Assembly: GCA_964550855.1 (NCBI GenBank)
Contig: CAZKBQ010000018.1
Coordinates: forward strand, 3,841-67,840
From: an uncultured Anaerolineae bacterium
GTDB taxonomy: Bacteria > Chloroflexota > Anaerolineae > Fen-1058
Direction of reading: 5' to 3'
DNA: 64,000 bases
Of this stretch, positions 36,510 to 44,338 are shown one piece after another; the first letter of the stretch is position 1; each line of letters begins with the position of its first letter. The translations under genes and the position numbers were made by a program. The notes under the pieces were generated by a model that was not told the DNA's origin, ran no database searches, and worked only from the letters and a program-made list of their open reading frames with translations.

Positions 36510-39500
36510 CTACTCCGTCACGATCAACACCAGCGGCGGCACTTCACCCGCGTGATCAGGATTGTAGTAGTCATACGCCGCGCTGGCCGGCGTCTGCACG
36601 CTGAGCGGATACTTGGCCTTCAGGCGATAACTGAAGTCCAACGCTTCTGTACCGCTCAAGTTCGTGACGTAGACGATGACCTGCCGCCCGGTGAGTTCAT
36701 ACCGTTCGATGCGGGCACCCGCATAATCGGCCGGTAGATCGCGGTAGTGCGCCACCAGCCGATCGAGGTCTTCGCTCTGCACGGCGAAGCCCGGCGGCAC
36801 ACCCAGATCGATCAGCGCGGAATCGACGCGTGCGTTCGGATCGTTCAGGCGCACATCGACGTTCACCGTCACATTGTCGTTCATCTGCAACTGCGTGCGA
36901 TCGTACTTCACACCGATCGACATCGCCTCGCCTCGATCGCTGCCGCGCGACACGGCACTCCACGGCAGATAGTAGTTGGCGGCGATCTGGTACATCAAAT
37001 TGCCTTCGCCCTGCGCCGCGATCTCGATCGTGTGATCGCTTCCCGGCGTGAGGTCGTTGAACGTCACGGCCTGCACCACGTCGAAGTTTTCCGGCGTCAC
37101 CTTCACGCTGCGCGCGGCGCTGCCGTCGAGTTTGATCGCGATCGCGGCGTTGACGTTCTCGCTGCCGACGCGCAGGCTTTGCAGCAGCGCCTTCAGCGCG
37201 AGGATCGTCGTCTGCGTGGTGTACCACGTGCCGGACGCATCCTTCGCTTTGATCAACGCCGTCAGGCCGCCGTTCGCCACGTCGGGCTGCGACTCGGCGC
37301 GCAGCAGGGCCAGCGTCACCAGCGCTGTCGTCTCGATGCTGCCCGTCTCGCCCTGACTGCCCATGAACGTGGCGATGTTGCTGGGCCACGTCACGGCGTT
37401 GTCCTTCTTCACGCTCATTTCAGCCAGACGATTCAACACTTCTTGTGTATCCGCACTCAACGTGAATGGCTTATCAGGGCCACTGGCCGATCGATCAGCC
37501 GCAACGAGCGCGTTCGCCACCAGCGCGACGACATACGCATCGTCGGCTTCACCGAGATGTTCGCGCACGTAAGCCAGGCCACGCTGCGCCCGTGGGTCGT
37601 TGCCGAAACCCGCATCCATCAAACTCCACACGATGTAAGCCGTCACGGGCAGACGATTGTTCTTCAGATTACTCCACGAACTTTCATGCACGAGGCCGCG
37701 ATCGTTTTCCCACGAACCGTCCGACTGCTGCTGGCTCAACAACCATTCGGCGGCGCGCTGGATCAACGCCGGATCGACATCGTGCACGCGGCGCATGTCG
37801 CTGAACTCTTGCAAGCCGTAGGCCGTCAACATCCGATCGGCTGGTGCACGCCCGAAGAGTGAGAAGCCGCCGCCGGGCACTTCAAACGTGGTCAAGCGTT
37901 GATAGCCCAGGTTGATGTATTCCTCGGCCTTCAGCTGCACTTCGGGCGAAGCCTGCTTGGTCTGCTGCAGATAATCGAGCACCAACGCATTCGGATAAGC
38001 CGACGACGATGTTTGCTCGAAGCAGCCGTTGGGCATGCGCAGGATGCTGTCCAGTCCTTCCACCACCTGGCTCACGATGCCGGGATAAATCTTGACGGTG
38101 ATCGCCTGCGTGCCCGGAATCGCTTGCGCGGGGATGCTGACCGTGCGCTGGATCGTGGCGTTGCTCTCCAACCGATCGGACTGCGCCGCCGACTGCGCTT
38201 TGCCGTTGGGCAGCACGCGCACCATCTTCTGGATCGCATCCGACAACTGTGAGCCATACGCGGTGACTTTGAACGGCTGCAGGCCGAACAATTTGGCGCG
38301 CACGCGGAAGTACACCACGCTCACGTCGTTGCCCGCAATCTCGATCGCTTTGCTCGGCTCGTCGAGCAGCTCGTACCAATCGGCTTGAGCGAGTTCCAAC
38401 CGCACCGTCTGCTTGTCGGGCAGATAGTTAAACACGCCGATCGGCACGGCGATCTCATCGCCCACCGTCAAGGCCACCGGCAGATCGAGATCGACGAAGA
38501 AATCCTGGAAGACGCGCAGGCCGCTCGTCGTGCTACCGATGCGCCCGTCACGCGTGGAAGCGAGCGCCGTCACGCGCCACGTGGTGATGCTGTCCGCAAT
38601 CGGCACATCGACCTTGAGCTGGCCGTTTTGATCCGTCACCGCATTGGGCAGCCACAACATCGTTTCCGGGAAGTATTGACGCAGGCGCGGTTCTTCCGCG
38701 GCCGAACCTTGCTTCGCACTGGCCTGTCGTTCCATCGCTTGCTGTGGCGCAGCAGTAGGCTGCGCCGCCGGCGCCATCATCAGCGGCGAAGGCGTTGTCG
38801 CTGCGGCGCAGCCCGACGAAACAATCAGCGCGAACACCAACCCCAACAGCAGCACTTGCGTGCCACAGCCGCCGGTGATCTCGCTGAACAGCAGCATGAA
38901 ATACATCACGACCATCAGGGCCAGACCGATCAACGCAAGTAGTTCAAAATCGAAACTGAAGCTGAACGATCGAGCCTGCACGAAGCCGATGAGGATCAAC
39001 AGACCCACGTTAGCCGCCATCAACCCGATGGCGCGGCGGAAGGCTTTGTCTTTGCGCTTGGCCGCTAACGAGATCATGACGAGGAATCCGATGACCAGCG
39101 TCGCGCCGAGGCCAATGAGAATCAGCCAGTACAGTTCGTACATTCGCGAGCCGCTCATCATGAACAAGCCGATGATCAGGAAGATCACCAGCAGGAAACT
39201 GAAGCCCAGCCGCTTGCGGCGATGCAGCGACACGCCGCCGTACCACACCACCGCGCCCGATATGATGACGGACAAAACGCTCAGCAAGTTGCTCAGGCCG
39301 CCGAAGTACGCGCCCTGCCGCATGCGCAAATCGCGGCTCACTTCATCGTGCGTGTTTGAATTCAGGCTTAAATTAGCCGGTGCAGAGACGGCTTGCGCCA
39401 GTGCAGCGCGCGCCGCCACATCCTGCGCGTTCCGCAACGCGATTTCTTTGGCAGGCTCGGCCATCGAGCGCGTCAAACTGAAGCCGTGCAGATCGTATTT

Positions 39501-41318
39501 GGGTTGGAGGAGTTCCTGTTCCAGCAAGAAGTACAATCGCGCAAAACCGGGATCCTGCTCGGCCAGCGCAAAGACCGATTCGTCGACGATGGCGAGACCC
39601 AACGCGGCTTGCGTGCCTGCACCCTGTTGATCTTTAACGGCAATATCGAGCTGCGCCTGATCGCCGGGGCGGTATACATCCTTATCGGGATTCAGCGCCA
39701 CGCCGAGTTCAGTCGCATCGTCGACGAGGATCAAGCGCGTGTCACGCACGATCTGCCCGTCGCGCGTGATGCGATAAGCGTGAACTTCCAGCGTGCCGTC
39801 GAGATCGGGCGTCAGATCGATCGCCACTTGCGCGCGGCCTTCCGTAAACGGCACGGCGCGCGTGCTGGCCGTCTGCCCGTTGCGCACGAGGTCGAGATAG
39901 AACGTGCCCTGCTCGCCGGTGCTGAACACCGTCACGCTCATCGTCTCCCCCACGCGATAGATCGGTTTATCCGTGCGCAGCAAGATGCTGTCGCTCGTAG
40001 GCCGAGTGTCAAAGGAAAAGTCGCTAGCGGCTCGTGCCCCATTAGCGGCCTGAGCTTCAATGCGCACGGATTGCGGTGTTTTCTTCGGCGTGACGCGCAC
40101 CTCACCCAAGCCATATGCATCGGTGTGAACTTGCTGCGCTGGACCAGCGCCAGCGGCGTACACGGTAAGATCAGTTGCCAACGGCGTGCCGTCGGGCGCA
40201 CTGGTCAACACGTAGATCACATTCTCGAAACCCCACTGCAATTTGCCGCCTTCGGGAATGGCGCGAATAACGATGGGGCTGGCCGTGACGGGCAGCGAGA
40301 GATTCGTCACTTCGGTGTGCTGCGCCTGATCGATCACGCTGGCTTGCACGTAGAAGCGGCCCTGCCCGTTTTCGAGATCGCTGCCCGCGATGTACTTGGG
40401 CAGATCGAACGAGAATTCAAAATTGCCATCGGCGGTCGTTTCGCCAGTGAGCGTGATCACGCTGGTGCGTTCCACATCAAACGTGTAACCTTCGATCTTC
40501 ACTTGACCCTGACTGACAGGCTTGCCGAAGAAGTAATTGGCCCTCAGCGTGCCGCGCACCGTCTCGCCGGGCTGGTAATACGTCCGATCGGTCTTCAGAT
40601 CGATCGCGAACTTGGGCAGCACGTAATACTTCACTTCCACAGTCTTCTCGGACAATGTGTCACCCAATTGCGCCGTGATCTTGTACAGGCCGGTGTTCAC
40701 TTCGTTGGCGAGTTGGAAATCCGTGGAGGCCACGCCGAAGTCCGACGCGGTCAACGTCTGGCGAAAGACGCGATTGCCCTTGCCGTCGGCGATGCTGATC
40801 TCGATCGGCTGTTGGGCCGCCGCCGAATGATCGGCTGTGCTGAGCGCCAGCGCGCGCAGATGGATCGTCTGGCCGGGTTGATAGATCGGCTTGTCGGTGG
40901 TCAGCAGGATGCGATAATCGCGCTTGATCACGATCGGCGGTTTCGTTTGATGCGTGCCGCGATCGGATCGCGTTTCGACAATCAACTGTTGATTGGGTGC
41001 GGCGTCTTTCGGCACAATGAAAGAAACGTTGAGATTGCCATCCCGATCGGTTCTGCCCGAAAACACCGGCACGGCCTCTTGATCAGGCGCCTGCAGCGAG
41101 ACCGTCACAGCGGCATCCGGCAGCGGTTGTGAAGAGTTGTGATCGCGCACGAGGACGCGAAAGGCGGCGGGCGCGCCGGGGGCAAATCGGCTTTCGCCGA
41201 CGACGAGGGTATCGGGCGGCGCGGCAGCGGTGGGCAAAGCTTCAAAATACAACGTGACGAGGGCGAGCAGGATTGCCGCAGCGATCAGCAATCCCTTGAA
41301 CATCTTCGAGCGGGACAT
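36510..41318 (-). CDS. Alpha-2-macroglobulin family thioester protein with an internal six-helix membrane block
   Basis: ATG 41318 (MSRSKMFKGLLIAAAILLALV, AGGAGG SD); the ORF track starts at 41450. N-terminal MG-type beta domains, an A2M motif PRLRQYFPETMLWLP...DSITTWRV (nt 38661-38690 encode PRLRQYFPET), and an intact thioester motif GCFEQ (CFEQ at nt 38013-38024). Six hydrophobic helices are encoded at ~38808-39308. Confidence 0.9.
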   Translation of the reverse strand: MSRSKMFKGLLIAAAILLALVTLYFEALPTAAAPPDTLVVGESRFAPGAPAAFRVLVRDHNSSQPLPDAAVTVSLQAPDQEAVPVFSGRTDRDGNLNVSFIVPKDAAPNQQLIVETRSDRGTHQTKPPIVIKRDYRILLTTDKPIYQPGQTIHLRALALSTADHSAAAQQPIEISIADGKGNRVFRQTLTASDFGVASTDFQLANEVNTGLYKITAQLGDTLSEKTVEVKYYVLPKFAIDLKTDRTYYQPGETVRGTLRANYFFGKPVSQGQVKIEGYTFDVERTSVITLTGETTADGNFEFSFDLPKYIAGSDLENGQGRFYVQASVIDQAQHTEVTNLSLPVTASPIVIRAIPEGGKLQWGFENVIYVLTSAPDGTPLATDLTVYAAGAGPAQQVHTDAYGLGEVRVTPKKTPQSVRIEAQAANGARAASDFSFDTRPTSDSILLRTDKPIYRVGETMSVTVFSTGEQGTFYLDLVRNGQTASTRAVPFTEGRAQVAIDLTPDLDGTLEVHAYRITRDGQIVRDTRLILVDDATELGVALNPDKDVYRPGDQAQLDIAVKDQQGAGTQAALGLAIVDESVFALAEQDPGFARLYFLLEQELLQPKYDLHGFSLTRSMAEPAKEIALRNAQDVAARAALAQAVSAPANLSLNSNTHDEVSRDLRMRQGAYFGGLSNLLSVLSVIISGAVVWYGGVSLHRRKRLGFSFLLVIFLIIGLFMMSGSRMYELYWLILIGLGATLVIGFLVMISLAAKRKDKAFRRAIGLMAANVGLLILIGFVQARSFSFSFDFELLALIGLALMVVMYFMLLFSEITGGCGTQVLLLGLVFALIVSSGCAAATTPSPLMMAPAAQPTAAPQQAMERQASAKQGSAAEEPRLRQYFPETMLWLPNAVTDQNGQLKVDVPIADSITTWRVTALASTRDGRIGSTTSGLRVFQDFFVDLDLPVALTVGDEIAVPIGVFNYLPDKQTVRLELAQADWYELLDEPSKAIEIAGNDVSVVYFRVRAKLFGLQPFKVTAYGSQLSDAIQKMVRVLPNGKAQSAAQSDRLESNATIQRTVSIPAQAIPGTQAITVKIYPGIVSQVVEGLDSILRMPNGCFEQTSSSAYPNALVLDYLQQTKQASPEVQLKAEEYINLGYQRLTTFEVPGGGFSLFGRAPADRMLTAYGLQEFSDMRRVHDVDPALIQRAAEWLLSQQQSDGSWENDRGLVHESSWSNLKNNRLPVTAYIVWSLMDAGFGNDPRAQRGLAYVREHLGEADDAYVVALVANALVAADRSASGPDKPFTLSADTQEVLNRLAEMSVKKDNAVTWPSNIATFMGSQGETGSIETTALVTLALLRAESQPDVANGGLTALIKAKDASGTWYTTQTTILALKALLQSLRVGSENVNAAIAIKLDGSAARSVKVTPENFDVVQAVTFNDLTPGSDHTIEIAAQGEGNLMYQIAANYYLPWSAVSRGSDRGEAMSIGVKYDRTQLQMNDNVTVNVDVRLNDPNARVDSALIDLGVPPGFAVQSEDLDRLVAHYRDLPADYAGARIERYELTGRQVIVYVTNLSGTEALDFSYRLKAKYPLSVQTPASAAYDYYNPDHAGEVPPLVLIVTE

Positions 41319-41401
41319 GGCGCTTCCTCCTTGTTCAATGTGCGGGCGATCTGCTTTTACGACGCAGGCCGCTTGAGCAAGGTTCCGCAAAGCCACGTAA
41401 C

Positions 41402-41493
41402 CCGCCATCGAATGAATTCGATGGCGGATAAGAGAAATGTGTTGAAACACATTTTAAGGTGTTTTCGCTATCAGCGGCGAATGAATTCGCCGC
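41402..41493. repeat. Cluster of three perfect palindromes, each with a GA centre, in the divergent intergenic region
   Basis: CCGCCATCGAAT-GA-ATTCGATGGCGG (41402-41427), AAATGTGTT-GA-AACACATTT (41435-41454) and GCGGCGAAT-GA-ATTCGCCGC (41474-41493). The first and third share the core CGAATGAATTCG, also present at 18881-18892. Confidence 0.7.
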
Positions 41494-41838
41494 GCCGGTC
41501 GGGCGCGCCCGGCCCGACATCGACCGTCACCCTCGCCCACGCGGTCACGGTGACGACCGTCAACCCGCAATTGATCAGCCACACCGCCGTCATCGCCAGA
41601 GAATCGATCGGGCTGTTGGAGCGCCGCGCAACGATCATCGTCAACGGGCACACAGCCTGCGGGCCGTCGATCAGGAAATGATCGGCGGCATAGCGATAAA
41701 GTGCAGCCCGTTAGTCCCGGTTTTGTCTATGTTCAATGACAACCCCGTATCAATCCACCGAGTGGCCCTAATGTGCCATTGTCCAGCCGTCATGACGATG
41801 GCACAGTAGGGGACAGCCTGAAGTTGGCGGAGGCCAAG

Positions 41839-43644
41839 ATGCGCATCAAATATCTACTCATACTTTTTGTCGGGCCGCTCATTGGCCTGATGGTTGCCTC
41901 GACGCTCCACCCCGCCGGCGCTACTCCGCAAGCTGCGCGCCCGCGCCGCGTAAATATCCCTTACTTTTCCGGCGCAGTGAACGAAAGCCAGTCGGCCATC
42001 TTCTGGTTCGGCGTGAACGAATGGTATCAACACATTCCCGGCCGCAACTACGTGGATGTGCGTATCGCCTATTCGCCGGCGGGCCTGTATTGGCGGGCGA
42101 CGGGCATCGATTACTACCTGTGGTACAAGGCAAACGCGACGCCGGGCGACGATCTCACGCGCTACGATGCGCTGGCGCTCTACATCGATACCGGACACGA
42201 TCGTGCCGCTTCACCCCAGCCCGATGATTACTTCTTCCTTGTCGGCCTGCACGGCGATACCGGGCCTGATACGCCGCAGTACCGGCGGCAGGCGCGCGGC
42301 ACCGGTTCCGGTTGGAACACAAGTTGGACTGGAACGTGGTCCGATTATTCCGGCTGGCAGTGGAGCGATAACGGGCCAAACGACAACAGCGGCAACATCG
42401 ATTATGGCTGGGTCATGGGCGGCACGATCCCGTGGTCGACGTTTGGCCTATCGGGTCCGCCGGCTAATGGCACGGTCTGGGGCTTCGGCGTACTGCAATA
42501 CGATCAAGATCAATCCATCGGCGCGCCGCTGCAAGAGACCTGGCCCGAGACATTCAGCCCCAATCAACCCAACACCTGGGGCGAATTGCATTTTGGCCCG
42601 GCGAGTTACACGCCGCAGCCGGCTGTGCCGCGCGGCAGCACCCTGATCCGTGCGGCCACCCCGCTCGATAACACGGTGGAAGATGCGTGGATGGGCGGTG
42701 GCGGCTGGTGCCAGGCCGGGCACGAAGGACACAGCGAAGACAATCACGGCAACGACGAGCAGCTGTTTGTCGGCTCCGAGATTCAGCCCACGCATTTTCC
42801 CTGCTACAATAAATCGTACCTGCGCTTCTCATTGGCGAGCGTGCCCGCGAACAAAGTCATCATCTCCGCCACGCTCACGCTGCACCACTGGGGCAACGCC
42901 AATCCCGACATGCACACCGATTCCTACGTGTGGCTCTTCAGCGTGACCGATCCGTGGAATGAGCTGACCATTCACTGGAATAATGCACCGCTGGCTCAGG
43001 AGAATTTCTCCATGCAGCGCATTCCGCAAGTGTCGGTCTTTCCGGGCTGGCCGGGCATCCCCTACACCTGGGAGGCGACGCAAGCCGTCGCCGAAGCGTA
43101 TGCCAGCGGGCAGCCGGTGAGCTTCGCGATCTACGATTCGACCACCGGCCAGGACTCGAGCAAATACTTCACCGCCTCCGAATCCGGCCTCTACGACGAT
43201 CCCTCGTACTGGAATTGGAATATCGCGAGCCGCCCTCGCCTTGATATTGTGTGGGGTGACGCCGTAGCGACCTTGAACAAGCGCGCCGCGCCAACCAGCG
43301 TGGCGCAGGCCGATCGGATCACCTATACCCTCAGCCTGCTCGGCGCCGGGCAAACGCTGGCGCTCACCGATACATTGCCTGCGGCGTTGAGTCATCCCTC
43401 GACGCTGACGGCGACGTTCGGAACGCCGCAATACAACACCGCGACGCGACAACTCACCTGGAGCGCCGCGCCCGCCGTCGGCCAGCCTGTAACGATCACG
43501 TATGCCGTAACCGCCACCGCACACGGCCCGCTGGCGATCGGCAACACGGCGACGCTCAGCATTCCCGGCAGTCCACCGAGCACCGCCACAGCCTGGGTCA
43601 TCGTGGACGGCCATGCAATGTGGCTGCCGTTGATCAGATGGTAA
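41839..43644 (+). CDS. Secreted multidomain protein (CBM9/DOMON-like N-terminal region, DNRLRE-like middle, DUF11-like C-terminal repeat; assignments tentative)
   Basis: ATG 41839 (MRIKYLLILFVGPLIGLMVASTL, signal-like) with a GGCGGAGG SD. Middle region NKSYLRFSLASVPANKVIISATLTLHHWG. C-terminus ITYTLSLLGAGQTLALTDTLP...VTITYAVTA. Confidence 0.7.
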   Translation: MRIKYLLILFVGPLIGLMVASTLHPAGATPQAARPRRVNIPYFSGAVNESQSAIFWFGVNEWYQHIPGRNYVDVRIAYSPAGLYWRATGIDYYLWYKANATPGDDLTRYDALALYIDTGHDRAASPQPDDYFFLVGLHGDTGPDTPQYRRQARGTGSGWNTSWTGTWSDYSGWQWSDNGPNDNSGNIDYGWVMGGTIPWSTFGLSGPPANGTVWGFGVLQYDQDQSIGAPLQETWPETFSPNQPNTWGELHFGPASYTPQPAVPRGSTLIRAATPLDNTVEDAWMGGGGWCQAGHEGHSEDNHGNDEQLFVGSEIQPTHFPCYNKSYLRFSLASVPANKVIISATLTLHHWGNANPDMHTDSYVWLFSVTDPWNELTIHWNNAPLAQENFSMQRIPQVSVFPGWPGIPYTWEATQAVAEAYASGQPVSFAIYDSTTGQDSSKYFTASESGLYDDPSYWNWNIASRPRLDIVWGDAVATLNKRAAPTSVAQADRITYTLSLLGAGQTLALTDTLPAALSHPSTLTATFGTPQYNTATRQLTWSAAPAVGQPVTITYAVTATAHGPLAIGNTATLSIPGSPPSTATAWVIVDGHAMWLPLIRW

Positions 43645-43698
43645 GCGGTGATTGGCGCGGACATCGACGGCGAGCGGGCATGCTGACTTGGGCCGCGC
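43632..43698 (+). repeat. Right copy of the imperfect direct repeat: orphan relic of a DUF2264-like gene 3' end
   Basis: Its core 43659-43679 is identical to 36198-36218. In frame it still reads AVIGADIDGERAC-stop. Relative to the left copy it has synonymous differences (gcg/gca, tgt/tgc) and a one-codon gap. Confidence 0.8.
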
Positions 43699-43713
43699 AC
43701 ATCGCAATCAAAC

Positions 43714-43746
43714 GGGAAGAGGGCCGCGCATCGCAGCCCTCTTCTC
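43714..43746. terminator. Stem-loop between convergent genes; member of a small hairpin family
   Basis: GAAGAGGGC (43716-43724), loop CGCGCATCGCA, GCCCTCTTC (43736-43744). The stem top and loop are nearly identical to the hairpin at 52761-52797. Confidence 0.55.
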
Positions 43747-43770
43747 AATGACCAGCTTCAGCCTTTGCGC

Positions 43771-44232
43771 CTACGCTGCCGGCTGTTTCCGCACGTACTC
43801 CCCCAGATTCTGCAACTCCTGCCGGTAGATGCGACGCATCACGGGCGGATTGAAGATTCGCTCCAGCCAGCCCGTCGGGCCGGGGCTGAGCGCCGCGTCG
43901 GTGGCGATGGTCACCCGCGAGCGACTGCCGCCGTCGAGCGGATCGATCGTGAAAGTGGTGCGCACACCCGCCGCCTCATCCACTTCCTTCAGCACGCGGC
44001 CCGGCTCCGGCTCGCTGATGGTCTGGCGATACCCAAACGCCTTGCCCATCACTTCCATCTTCACCCGCACGATCGTGCCGGCGCCCCGCCCGCCTTCTTC
44101 CACCACCACGTCCTTGAAGTACGACTTCGGCAGGATGGCGGGATGGCTCACGCGATAATCCGCCAGGATCGCGTAAATCTTATCGGGGCGCGCCTCGATC
44201 ACTTCGGACACTTCAACGTGTATCTGGCTCAT
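43771..44232 (-). CDS. SRPBCC (START/polyketide cyclase-like) family protein
   Basis: ATG 44232 (MSQIHVEVSEVIEARPDKIYAILADYRVSHPAILP) with an AAGGAG SD. 153 aa. Its pattern is typical of SRPBCC ligand-binding proteins. Confidence 0.8.
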   Translation of the reverse strand: MSQIHVEVSEVIEARPDKIYAILADYRVSHPAILPKSYFKDVVVEEGGRGAGTIVRVKMEVMGKAFGYRQTISEPEPGRVLKEVDEAAGVRTTFTIDPLDGGSRSRVTIATDAALSPGPTGWLERIFNPPVMRRIYRQELQNLGEYVRKQPAA

Positions 44233-44266
44233 CTCGAATCTCCTTCTTTCTCGCCGCATTGTCGAA

Positions 44267-44314
44267 CCCTCTCCTGAGCGAGAGGCCATTTCCCCGATTC
44301 AGCTCAGGAGAGGG
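44267..44314 (-). terminator. Strong stem-loop after the RHS/teneurin-like gene
   Basis: CCCTCTCCTGAGC (44267-44279) and GCTCAGGAGAGGG (44302-44314). This is a 13-bp perfect stem with a 22-nt loop, 25 nt after the stop at 44339. Confidence 0.65.
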
Positions 44315-44338
44315 ACTTGCTTTGCTTCGATCAGCTGC

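Noticed and set aside
39393-41132. 579-aa plus-strand ORF, and similarly 47795..50116 (773 aa) and 36747..37862
   Set aside because: They lie antisense to the A2M-like and RHS genes. The translations are Arg/His/Gly-rich with no motifs.
41319-41450. Upstream extension of the A2M-like ORF to the ORF-track start at 41450
   Set aside because: The extension runs through the palindrome array and has no SD. ATG 41318 has an AGGAGG SD and is immediately followed by a signal-like sequence.
43771-44232. SRPBCC gene as the immunity gene of the RHS toxin (it is the next gene downstream on the same strand)
   Set aside because: A 13-bp-stem hairpin separates the two genes, and the SRPBCC gene has its own SD after a 106-nt gap. 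I know of no firm precedent. It is kept only as a testable alternative in the RHS finding.
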